DNA of 64,000 bases, from positions 45,446,001 through 45,510,000 of the forward strand of contig OZ024753.1 in the NCBI GenBank assembly GCA_964016885.1, written 5' to 3'. This stretch comes from Eledone cirrhosa (taxonomy: Eukaryota). The first letter of the stretch is position 1. Each line of letters begins with the position of its first letter. Below the pieces are notes generated by a model that saw only the letters and a list, made by a program, of their open reading frames with translations, was not told where the DNA came from and searched no databases. This document shows positions 27,742 through 41,242 of this stretch, piece by piece. The position numbers and the translations under genes are program-made.

Positions 27742-28340
27742 AGAAATGAAACATTGATTACAGGTTAAAATATAGTTTAGATAGATAAGAAACAAAACGA
27801 GGATGTAGTGTATGGAACACCCAAATGATTTAGAAGTCGACCTTAAGTAGGAGCAATAAAGAAAGACATGAACGACACCAACTCGGCCACCGAGACAGCT
27901 ACAAAAGTATAATGAAAATGAATAATTATAAACCTACTTTCAAGATCAAAGTATTGAACATTTTGAAAGTAAGTTTATAAGTATGAATTTTCAATAAATT
28001 TTCGTAGCTGTCTCAGTGGCCTAGTGGTAGGTATTAGAGACAGTGAAGATCCTGGTCTTGGGTTCGATCCTGATCGAGAAGTTTGGGTAATCTTTTTTAG
28101 TTTTTATTTTACATCCCATATAAAAAAAAACCTGATTAGGTTTACCGGGAACCCTACTCCCGACCAGGATCGAACTTCAGACCAGCATCGTCTATGATTC
28201 CTCCGACTAGGCCACCGAGACAACTACAAAAGTGTAATGAAAATTAATAATTATAAACTTACTTTCAAAATGAAAGTTTAAAAGATGTGGTGTCGTTCAT
28301 GGCTTTCCTAGAGATATTAGTCATATTTAGGGTCGACTTG
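27742..28340. mobile_element. Foldback repeat with two convergent tRNA-like (A/B box) units, copy 1
   Basis: Plus unit: TGGCCTAGTGG 28017-28027 and GGTTCGATCC 28061-28070. Minus unit: TGGCCTAGTCGG (28203-28214) and AGTTCGATCC (28167-28176). Long imperfect inverted arms. Homologous to 52242-52653. Confidence 0.75.
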
Positions 28341-28447
28341 TCAATCTTCTGGCTTTTGGTAACAACCTTATTTCTATGTCTGTTTAACTGTTGAAATAAT
28401 TTAATTTGATTATTTTAACAAACAAATAATATATATATATATAATAC

Positions 28448-28485
<38 letters not shown>

Positions 28486-28689
28486 CACCAACTCAGTCTT
28501 GAGTGTATACTACACACCGTCGACAGATCAGCATAAGTAATGTAAAGATCACTTTCAAGATCTTTAACTTACTTCACATTATATTTATCATCATTGCTTC
28601 ACTTAGAAATCGTAGCTCAAAGCATTTTAGAAAAAAATGTCTCTTCGTTTATACACGAAGAAGCATAATTTGCATATTATCGAGTTAAT

Positions 28690-28992
28690 AGCGTTAATCT
28701 ACATTTCGCTAAGCACAGCATGCGATCAAGAATCTCTCTCTCTCTTATATATAAGAAGTTCAGTTTGGTGAGTCAACTCGTACTACACTAAGCTAACCAT
28801 GTCATCATTCATATTCCAAATATAGTCCAACGATATCCTAACGTGCTATCAAAGTACCACCTACATACTAACTATAGTTACCACATACAAACTAAGCAAA
28901 CATTTCTATATGAAGAAACATTTCTCGAAGCTATAGTTAAACAGAACCTACCGAATATCAACAACTTTAAAACTCAAAGCATTCTGTTATTT
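28690..28992 (+). pseudogene. Decayed GIY-YIG endonuclease domain of a Penelope-like element
   Basis: Frameshifted pieces in the correct order: (V)IYISLSTACDQE, QFGESTRT (cf. YIGExxRxL), FLEAIVKQNLPNINN...ILLF (cf. LEAxxIxxxxPxLN). Confidence 0.55.
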
Positions 28993-30046
28993 GTTTCATG
29001 GCTATGTAGGGCTATATTTTTGAATGTATCTTTTTCCTAATTAAGCGGTATTTTGGTAGTGATTTGAGAAAACGTCGCTCCCTATACCTGCACATCACGG
29101 TTCCCATCACCGCACTTTCTTGGGATTTATTCCCTATAATACAAAGATTCTTCAATAATTTGATTGAGCTTAAATATGTTTTAAAAAGTTAATAGAATGG
29201 AAAAATAACTGTTATCAATATATTAGTATAAAAGATATGAGTCATTGCATTTTGTACTACATAAATAATTTCAAGGGAGATCACCAACTCTGTTGTTTAC
29301 CCCGCCGCTTACAAACTCCAACCCTTCCCCAATTTAGGGAATAAAATCATTTTCAACAACAGATAAATTGGAATATTTTATACGACGTGAACGTAATGCA
29401 ATACTTCAAGATATAATTTTTTTCTATCTTTCTCATTATCTTTAGATTTATAAAAAAGTGCATTCATGCAATAACTATGTATTCCTATATATAATGTTCT
29501 CCTCCACATATATTATTGCTTGCATTTTCTTTTTCTAATTAATTGAATTTGTATTATATGTTTCCAGCTCAAGTACTTCCAGTAATTTCATCTTACCCCC
29601 TTCACTCTTGTAATACAACTCCATCGGTTAAGTTTTCTGTAAATATTTGTATATGATTGTATATCAGAGGTGCGCATCTCTGTAAAAAGATATGTGTATC
29701 TCTTAAGAGGGGACCACTGCGTCAGGTATACAAATTCTTCGGAACGGCGATGAAGTTCCTCAGATAGGAACTATCCAGATGCGCGTCAATCAGATTTGGG
29801 CTGCTTATAAGAGTTATATGACATTATGTTGCGTAGATGCAAATGTGAATCCATATATATATATATATGGATTCACACGAATATATATATATATATATAT
29901 ACACACACACGCATACCTACATATGTATGTCGACGTATGTCTCATTATATTCCTTCCATATACTGTACCGATTGTATTGCTATTTCTGATTACATTTTAC
30001 ACACACATATATATTTAATTCATATATATATATATATATATAATTC

Positions 30047-30078
<32 letters not shown>

Positions 30079-30255
30079 TATATACATATATACATAATTC
30101 ATATATATATATAATTCATATATATATATATATACATATATACATAATTCATATATATATATATACATATATATATAATTCATATATATACATATATACA
30201 TAATTCATATATATATATATATACATATATACATAATTCATATATATATATATAA

Positions 30256-30295
<40 letters not shown>

Positions 30296-30321
30296 TACAT
30301 AATTCATATATATATATATAA

Positions 30322-30363
<42 letters not shown>

Positions 30364-30398
30364 TACATAATTCATATATATATAATTCCTATAAGCAG

Positions 30399-30670
30399 AA
30401 GAGATATTCAATTTCTTGGTAATTCAACAAATATAAATGTTTATAACTGATTCAGAGCACTCAACAGCTTTTCTGGAGTATAAAATACAATGATATTAAA
30501 TAAATGGAAACTATATTTATAAAACCATATTTATTCTATTATATATATTTCAAGGGTACCAAAAATGTTGGTACGCACTCATCAGATAAAATACGAAGTG
30601 TGTTTGATATATTTTGACATAACCAAGGATAATATACCTTAACGGTTCAAGTTATCCCTGAATAATTGCT
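30399..30670 (-). mobile_element. Hammerhead-bearing PLE mini-element, family B copy 2 (uninverted)
   Basis: Colinear with 13895-14055, then continues as the reverse complement of 14056-14160. TA-rich flanks. Confidence 0.8.
30532..30593 (-). ncRNA. Type I hammerhead ribozyme (family B copy 2)
   Basis: Minus strand: TATTTTAT-CTGATGA-GTGC-GTACCAA cattt TTGGTAC-CCTT-GAAA-TATATA-TA-ATAGAATA. Confidence 0.72.
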
Positions 30671-30947
30671 ATATATATATATTCATAAAGTTAGTGAAAT
30701 AAATACTGCACTTATTGTACTTTGTCCATTTCCTCCTCGCAATTCTGATTGACGACAAAATATTATCATTAAAATTATCATGAACATCATCTATAATATT
30801 ATTATTATTATTAATATTATTTGAATTCATTATTTATTTATTGACTTATATATTCATAACTTGAATATATTAGCATCTCATAGGTTATTTCTATCTCTTA
30901 CTAATTTCCCCACAGACGCATTTTTTTCTGCTTTAAATAATAGCAGA

Positions 30948-30998
<51 letters not shown>

Positions 30999-31001
<3 letters not shown>

Positions 31002-31302
31002 TTTCTGAATTTGTTTAGTAAGATTCTTTATCTGAAATCGTGTGTTGAAACCGATATTGTTATGCTTTGGGAGGGTCATGTTGCCAATAAGAAACACACG
31101 CATCAGTTGCTTTCACTCTCAGAATGTGTGACGAAAGAACTTTGACAATATATGAACAACCGTCCGGTTATGGAACCAACCAACCAATCGGAAATTTATA
31201 ATTTCTTAAATTTGTAAATTTAATTTATAATAAATTGGAGTGAATGCAACTGGTGCGTGTGCTTCTTATTGGAAACATGACCCTCCCAAAGCATAACAAT
31301 AT
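30999..31302. mobile_element. Family A copy 2 (tail plus inverted copy)
   Basis: Tail 30999-31053 and 65-bp inverted arms 31054-31118/31238-31302. The inverted part starts inside hammerhead loop II (~31123). (TA)n on both sides. Confidence 0.82.
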
Positions 31303-31637
31303 ATATATATATATATATGTGTGTGTAAATGACTATATCCCTAGAAAAAGTGAAAGGAAGTCGATTGCTTTGTCAAACATTGTAAACGGCAGAGAGAATG
31401 TTTCAGACACCACTGCTGGAATAAATTGGATCGGAGATCGAGACTGGTAGATGTACCCCCCCCCCCCCCCCACACACACACATACACATACACACACATA
31501 CACATGCACGCACACACTAGAGAATTGTGCGTCTTAATGGGATCAGGAACTTCGAATCCTGTTGTAACCATATGCTGCAAGAGGGAAGGGAAATTAAAAT
31601 TAGTGAACAGACCCCCCCCCCCTCGCTCTCTCTCTCT

Positions 31638-31713
<76 letters not shown>

Positions 31714-32566
31714 ACGGATGGATAGATAAACTGACAGAAAGATATCAGTTTCAGTTAAGTTGTTATAACATTTTCAGGGATGAATGGACTCGTGAAAGGT
31801 TTTGTATTTTCCAGGAGCATTAACCAATATTGATAAACTTGTGTCATGCAGATATCGAACATATAGTGGTGAATCTACTGAACTCCCCAGGATTTCTAGA
31901 TTTCATACTTTGCCTCTCATATCGATCCCGCCGAAAATATTAATCGGAGATGAAGCCGTGATATTTATCCGTAGTGATAATAATCCCACGAAACTAGTAG
32001 TATTAAAAGTTCCGCTGTGTAAGTAAATTGTTTTGAACTTAAGCAAACTTATATCTTCCTAAAAGATCTTTTTCTGGAAATGTGAAAATAAATGGGGTAG
32101 CCATACTAGATTCACACTGACAAAAAGAACCATTTCTTTTACCATTTAGAAATTTTGCTATGAGATAATGTATGGTTCAAAGAAAATCGTTGAAAATATC
32201 AAATGGTAGGCCGATAAGTAATTTTCAACGTCACGCAACAGATCTAGACATTTTCATTAGATTATACAATAATAATATATCCTAAATGTGATCAACCACA
32301 TTACTGATAACAGGGGCTTAGAATGAAAAAGAAAAAAAGAGCTTTTGAAATCAGGTATGTATGTTATGGAAAAGTACACACACACTGAGACACATACACA
32401 TATACATACATATATATATATATATTATATATGTGTGTATATATATATATATATCATATATGCATATATATGTATATATTTATATATCATATATGTATGT
32501 ATATATATATATATGTATGTATATATTTATATATCATATATGTATGAATATATATATATATATATT

Positions 32567-32603
<37 letters not shown>

Positions 32604-33042
32604 GTATATATATATATTTGTATATATATATATATATTTGTATATATATATATATATTTGTATATATATATATATATTTGTATATATATATATATATATA
32701 TATAAATATATATAAACATATATATATATAATGTAGAAGTACATATAGAGAGAAGGATGAATTGAGTGGCCCCTGTTTCACGTAAGTACAAAATAAGCAC
32801 ACACACATAATCATATATACATATATGTAAGGTTACATATATCTGTACGTGTGTATGATTGTCCGTATATTTAACACACACACCCACATATATATATATA
32901 CACACATACACACACACATATATATATATATGTGTGTGTGTGTACATATATATATAATAAAAAATATATATACACATACACACACATATATATATATATA
33001 TGTGTGTGTATATATATGTATGTACATATATATATACACATG

Positions 33043-33128
<86 letters not shown>

Positions 33129-33333
33129 AGCTCACACATCGAGATAAAAATAGATGCATTAATAGATTTATAAAACATAGTTACCGACGTTCACTAATAT
33201 CCATTTATCAACGATTTTTCAGTTAACAACCAGCCAAAAGTTATTCTATATATGAGATTTGAAATATCAATTCGAAACACTACACATTCTTTACACTCTA
33301 TCTTCTATAGTAAATCTACTCACGTAACTTATG

Positions 33334-33367
<34 letters not shown>

Positions 33368-33429
33368 TATATACATACAACATATACATGTATCTACATA
33401 CATACACACATATATATATATATATGTAT

Positions 33430-33508
<79 letters not shown>

Positions 33509-33691
33509 ATTATCAAATATTATCTACGTACGTTTGTAAAATATGTTCAGTAAGGATTTCTTTGAAGTAACAAACGAAAATCTTTGATATTGATATTACA
33601 GAATTATAGAAACTCCTACCCTCCCATCATTCCCCCATTCTCCCCCCAGACTCTACCCCTCCTCAGTTTCTCTGTCTCCCCTCTCTCTCTC

Positions 33692-33747
33692 TATATATAT
33701 ATTTATATATATGTATATATGTATATATATATATTTATATATATGTT

Positions 33748-33778
<31 letters not shown>

Positions 33779-33917
33779 TCATATATATATATTTATATAT
33801 ATATATTTATATATATATATTTATATATATATATTTATATATATATATTTATATATATATATTTATATATTTATATATATATATTTATATATATATGTGT
33901 ATATATATATATTTATA

Positions 33918-33964
<47 letters not shown>

Positions 33965-34299
33965 GTATATATATATATTTATATATATGTATATATATAT
34001 ATATATTTATATATATGTATATATATATTTATATATATGTATATATATATATTTATATTTATATATATGTATATATATATATATATTTATATATATGTAT
34101 ATATTTATATTTATATATATGTATATATATATATTTATTTATATATATGTATATATATATATTTATTTATATATATGTATATATATATATTTATTTATAT
34201 ATATATATTTATATATATATATTTATGTATATATATTTATGTATATATATATATATTTATATTTATATATGTATATATATATATGTATATATATATATG

Positions 34300-34346
<47 letters not shown>

Positions 34347-34377
34347 GTATATATATATATATGTATATATATATATG

Positions 34378-34410
<33 letters not shown>

Positions 34411-34435
34411 GTATATATATATGTATATATATATG

Positions 34436-34502
<67 letters not shown>

Positions 34503-34535
34503 GTGTATATATATATATGTATATATATATATATG

Positions 34536-34578
<43 letters not shown>

Positions 34579-34579
34579 G

Positions 34580-34610
<31 letters not shown>

Positions 34611-34755
34611 GTATATATTTATATATATATGTATGTATATATATATATATATTTATATATCTCCTGTGATTTTTCATGTTTATATTTATTTATATATATG
34701 TTGATCAATATAGATATATATATATTCATATGTACATACACACATATATATATAC

Positions 34756-34802
<47 letters not shown>

Positions 34803-35345
34803 CACATATTTATGTATATACATATGTATATATATACATATATATATATATACACATATTTATGTATATACATATGTATATACACACATATATATGTATA
34901 TATATATGTGTGTATATACATATGCATATACATAAATGTGTGTGTTTATATATATACATATATAGATATATATACACACATATTTATGTATATACATATT
35001 TATATACATATATATACATATATATATAAATACACACATATTTATGTATATCCATATATATATATACATATATATATATATACACACACATATTTATGTA
35101 TATACATATATATATACATATATATATAAATACACACATATTTATGTATATCCATATATATACATATATATATATACACACACATATTTATGTATATACA
35201 TATGTATATACACACATATTTATGTATATACATATGTATATACACACACGTATATATAAATATATATACACACATGTATATAAACATATATATATATGTA
35301 AATACATATGTATATATTTTTATATATATATAAATGTATGTATAT
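33692..35345. repeat. Large (TA)n-derived array with TTTATA, TATGTA and TACACA zones
   Basis: Directly visible. Confidence 0.97.
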
Positions 35346-36203
35346 GCGAAATATAAAGGGAGACACAAAAGTAAACATTACAGTATAATAAAGAAATATA
35401 TAAATATATTACTTTAAAGCTTGATATAGTGAGAAAATAGTGCCACCGTTTCAGACACTACACCTTCATCAAAACAAACAAACAAAATAAAAGATTGGTG
35501 CTGCAATATTTAGTGAAGTGTCTACAAACCACAAACATTGTCGTCCAGTAAAGGAAATTACTAAGATATTCAACAACACAGACATCTACCACTTGTCTTT
35601 CAACGATTTCTCATTTTAGCTAATTTGGCCCCCTTTCTACTCGTTCTCTTCATTTATCTCTTTGTCTGTATGCATATCTCTCACCCTGTCTTTAGCTTTT
35701 GTTTGGTTATTATAAGGGGTATTAGATATCTTTCCAAGCCTGCTATGATTTACCACCTATTTATAGTTGTTTAATATGATTAAATTTTTGAATAAATATT
35801 AAATATTTGCCACTGCGATAAAATCTCGCCATTTTCTTTCCGACAATGTGTCTTCTTCTAGTGATACCAATCAGTTTTAATGCTACAATTGTGTTTTACC
35901 CAACACCCTGGTATGATGTTATACTACAAGACTCCAACGCAACGAAAGGGAGTGGAGCTGCAATCACCCAACTCTTATTTCTATTCGTATTTGTAGAGGA
36001 TTCACGTTTCATCCTCTTTCTTGTCTTATAGAGTGAGATACGTGTAATAACGTGACATAGTATATATTTTAAATCTTTCTATTTATCTATCTATATGTCT
36101 GTACCCCTCTCATGCTTTCTCTCTCAAACACATACACATACATACACACACACACACACACATATATATATGTATGTGAGTACTCGTGTGTTTGTGTACG
36201 GGT

Positions 36204-36251
<48 letters not shown>

Positions 36252-39061
36252 AAATGAATGTATGCAGTTTGTATGCATGCATGTATGTATGTATGTATAT
36301 GTGTCTGCACGCGCGGGCGTGTGTGTGTATGCACTAATAGATGTATGTATAAAAGTTAAACCGCTAACATTCATTCGTTATTGATGAAGGAAAGGTAAAA
36401 TTTTCTTCGCAAACAATTAATTTTCAGGCGGCTGTTTGTCTAGCCATATTTTGGAAGCAATTCCTCACCAAATTCTAGGAGATGAACAAACAAATTTTCT
36501 GTTTCGGAAATGGAGAGATATTTGGCGCCGACTCGGAAATATTCTTCTGTGTTCATTGTTCTGATAGACCAGAAATAGAAGTTGGAGTGAGTTTTGAAAT
36601 GTCTTTCCTGTAAATATAAACGACATACGTATTCCACTCAGATAAATAAAGAGACTGGCAACGTGTTTTCAAAGAGACAGACGCGCCTCAATATTTGATT
36701 TTTGCATACAAACAAACACACATAATATATGTATATATATTTATATTTGCACACATGTATATACATCTGTGTGTATGCAAAAAGTAAAAATATATATATG
36801 TATATACGTATGTATATGTGCATAAAAGTATATGAATATATGTTTATGTACATATATGTATATGCATATATGTAAATATATATATATATATATTTACATA
36901 TATGCATATCCATAAATATATGCATATCCATATATATATATATATACATATATATTTACATATATGCATATACATACATATATTCATATACATATATGCA
37001 TATTCATATACATATATGGATATTTATATATATATATATATATTGGCAAGGAACAAAACAAAAACAAGTAGTGCAGTACGAACAGTGTTGGTATTAGTTT
37101 CACGCTTGATAGTGTGTATGGGGGGGGGGGGTATAAACTTATGTATATATGTGTGGCTGTGTGTATAAATGGCAGTTTGACGGACAAACGCATCAATCTT
37201 TATATCAATTAGGAAATTTTGGAAGAAATCAGGAACTACCAACATTGTTAGCGTTTCTATGCCACTTGTATAATTGAAGATGTAGATCTCAGCCGCAATG
37301 CCGAGTCCCTATACACATCTAGAAGATCACCATCAAAGACCTACGTATAAAACCTACCATTAATTAATTCTAACAAATGTCATCTTATTTTTAAGAAGTA
37401 CAGATATTCTTCTGGATATTGAAGAATATTTTCACAAGAATGAGCGTTACCATTTATTCCTTTTTATTGAGAGATTATAATAAAATTTATCTCCTCAATA
37501 AATTCTAATGTCGATAATAACATTGGATACAAAATAATTTGCTCTGTGTTGTAGTTTATAAATAATTCAATATATACATATGTGTATGTGTGTGTGTGTT
37601 TGTGTGTGTCTGTGTGTGTGTCTGTATGTGTGTGTGTGTCTCTGTCTATGTGTGTGTGCTTGAAGAAAAAAACAAAAAGTACGTTACACAAAAATTGCTG
37701 TATATTTCGGTTATATAAATGGAATGTTTTTTTTTTTTGTAATTTATTGGAAATTCTACTTATGCAAGCAACTTTTTTAGATTCGAAATATGTTATTCAA
37801 AATATCGACTAGTTTTCGAAATACAATTTCTTTAGATAATTTTTAATCTCATAACTGAATGGTTTGTGCCCTACACGTTACACTTTCACGAAATATAAGG
37901 TTCTGTTGAGGATATTCATGGATGCGGTGTGATAAGATCATTTGAATAGATTATAGAACGACCTATGCAGAATAAATGAAATATTATTCTATCTACGCTT
38001 CATGCTTATATATAAACCTAGCGAACGCTGACGTGTAGCCAGCCTTTACAGAAGAAAGCTTTGCGAAAAGTTTTGATGGGAAGTTGTTTATGTAACACGC
38101 TGGTATATACACACAAGTATACGCACATGCAAACACAGACCCACCTCACTATTTTCTCTCTCTCACTTTCTCTATTTCTCTCTCCGTATATATACTGTGT
38201 GTGTGTGTGTTGATGCGTTATGATGCAGTTTATATACTATCACGCAATCAAGTGTGTGTATGTAAATATGTGTGTTTGAACGACTACATATAAATAACGA
38301 AACAAAAGAAGGGAGGCAATTATACTTTCTTTTATGTATTATTTTAAAATGTCAAACATCTTTGTACTTCTCTCCTGATGTATTTTTCCCTCTCATATAG
38401 TAATAAATATTTCATTGAAATAAACGATATCGGGTCAACCTATCATTATTTACCAGTGAATGATTTACATTTTCAGTGAGATTTTTTTTCCGTTTCTTAT
38501 TATCAAGCTAGTATTTCTGTAAAACGCATATTTTATGGTGTGTTGTCATAGACTAATTCAAGCTGAATTCCCAGAATGGGAACCATTTTGATATGGCATT
38601 ACGCAACCCTTTCCATTTCTGCATCAGTTCAGAATCCAATCCGCAATCCGCAAAGTCTTTAAATACGAAATGAAAACAACCCATTGTATATATATGAGAA
38701 TATAGCTTGTTAAATAAAACATAAAGAATAGGAGAGTTTAATGTAGCGAATATATTGCTGCAGAATAGAAGTTTGAGAAGGATAAGAAAGGATTTGGAGA
38801 GAGGGTGTGAGAAATACATTGAGAAAGATAGGTGGATATATAGATAGATAGTGTATATATATACATATATATGTGGAGAGAGAGATAGAGGGGAGGGGCT
38901 TAGATAGAATAAGAGTTGTGGAAAGGAGAAAATAATTGAAAAATAATATTTTGGTTTCTTCTAAAGAATATAAAAGATATAATATGCAAGATATTTCCAA
39001 ATGATATGATGCATAAGTGAACAGGTTTAGGATATACAATTACTACGGTAACCAATGTACT

Positions 39062-39126
<65 letters not shown>

Positions 39127-39745
39127 GCATATATATAAATAAAAGATGAGACTTGAGCATCACAGGGTATAATGTACTATTGGTAACAGGTTCAAATCTC
39201 TACGGTCAACGGTCGACGGAATGGATTTACACCTACACAGTTTCGACCACTACCGATAGTACTGCTGCGCCATCCGGGAGTCACTCTAGAGACAGTGTTT
39301 CACTATTTTGTCAGTCACTGTAACCCGGTATTTGATTTGCAGAATTTTCTATGTCTTCTAAACTTGCTTTCATATTAACCAGTGTGATTTTGTCGGTTTT
39401 CTCTGACCTTCCATACGTTTGGCCAGAATTCTCTCATTTTTTTTTACTCAAAACCCTCTCTTCTTTCTTTGGTTGTGGAAGAAGTTTTCAGGCCATAAAA
39501 CCACTTGTTATTTACTTCTTCATTTATATCTCGTCCTCCTTTCTCTAGTTAATTCAAGAAAGTTTCTATGCTTGAGGTAACATTCAATTTTCTTTTCTTT
39601 TCCTAGTAGTTATCTCAAGTTATTTAATGGTTACGATTTGGCTTATTATTCGTCTCTGAGTGGTGACTATCCTTCATCTTGTCTGATATAGTGCATGCCA
39701 CGCAAGATAATAGCAGGCGAGGAACACCAGCATCAACAATTATCC

Positions 39746-39787
<42 letters not shown>

Positions 39788-40054
39788 ACGTGAATATAAT
39801 TGTTTGATAAGATATAATTATTTGACGAAACAAAGGCCCGACATAAGAAGCAATAAATTAAAACACATGATGTTACATACTCCGTATTCAATATAAAACT
39901 TAATAGTCCCAAAGAGAAGGTTTACGAATATCGTGTTTGATTTCATGGAATATTTACAGAGAAACCGAAATCATTTGTAATAAAATAATTTTCTCTTGAT
40001 GAAGCGCAGTGGCATTGACATTCCGTCAGGTTTCACTCTTGGACATTCACATAG

Positions 40055-40460
40055 ATATATATACACACATATACTGACACATATATATACACACACATAC
40101 TGATACATATATATACACACACATACTGATACATGCATATACACACACATACTGATACATACATATACACACACACATACTGATACATACATATACACAC
40201 ACATATACTGACACATATATATACACACACATACTGATACATACATATACACACACATACTGATACATATATATACATACATATACTGACACATATATAT
40301 ACACACATATACTGACACATATATATACACACACATACTGACACATATATATACACACATATACTGACACATATATATACACACACATACTGATACATAC
40401 ATATACACACACATACTGATACATACATATACACACACATACTGATACATATATATACAT
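40055..40460. repeat. ~24-bp minisatellite (ATACACACACATACTGATACAT..)
   Basis: Directly visible. Confidence 0.93.
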
Positions 40461-40530
40461 ACATGTATGAATGCCTGCATTTGTACAGACGTGCATGCAT
40501 CGACACACACACACTCATATATATATATAT

Positions 40531-40576
40531 TTCGTTTCTGAATTTATTGGCAACATGACCCTCCCAAAGTATAACA

Positions 40577-40580
<4 letters not shown>
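40531..40580. mobile_element. Family A copy 3: 50-bp remnant made of two opposed element ends
   Basis: TTCGTTTCTGAATTT (tail terminus) fused to TTATTGGCAACATGACCCTCCCAAAGTATAACAATAT (inverted arm end), inside (TA)n. Confidence 0.8.
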
Positions 40581-40637
<57 letters not shown>

Positions 40638-41167
40638 TCGATATCAACACACGTATGTGAATAACAGCATGGCGAGGGCGTATGTTTGAGAGGTGTGTTA
40701 GTGTGTTTACTTATATTTATTAGTGACTGGAGGCATATTTTAATATGAGGAAAAGAAAAAAAACCAGTTAGGAGCACTGTAGAGTTTCAAAAGCTGTCTA
40801 TTTATGATGAAGTGAAAAGATAAACCTGATCCTATAGAGTGAACCCCAGGGACCCACTTGTGTCAATATAGTAAAAAACTACTTTGTAACTCATATCAAA
40901 GAGTATTTAGTAAATGAATGCTCAACAGAATGTTGTATTTCGTTATCACTCCTTCCAAATATTTATGTATATATATTACACTCTCTTGCACTCTCTTTCT
41001 CTCTCTATGTATATAAATATGCATACATAACTACACACATATATATCACTCATATACATACACGCACACCCATGGGTATATATGTATATATACATATGTA
41101 TATACATACCTATATACCTTCAATACTCACATATAAATATATATATATATATCCTCATATAAATATT

Positions 41168-41242
41168 AATACACCATGTATAAGTATAATACACCATGTA
41201 TAAGTATAATACACCATGTATAAGTATAATACACCATGTATA
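41168..41242. repeat. 20-bp perfect tandem repeat x3.7 (AATACACCATGTATAAGTAT)
   Basis: Directly visible. Confidence 0.95.

Noticed and set aside
28004-28078. Possible tRNA gene
   Set aside because: Has A/B boxes but no convincing cloverleaf or anticodon arm. It is part of a repeat
29746-29790. Hammerhead-like GCGATGA-AGTTCCT cagat AGGAACT...GCGCGTC downstream of the GIY-YIG fossil
   Set aside because: Good 7-bp hairpin, but both CTGA and GAAA are broken and there is no stem I. At most a dead relic
35441-35475. Minus-strand TTGATGA-AGG..TCT-GAAACGG
   Set aside because: Core C is mutated, there is no NUH site and no stem I
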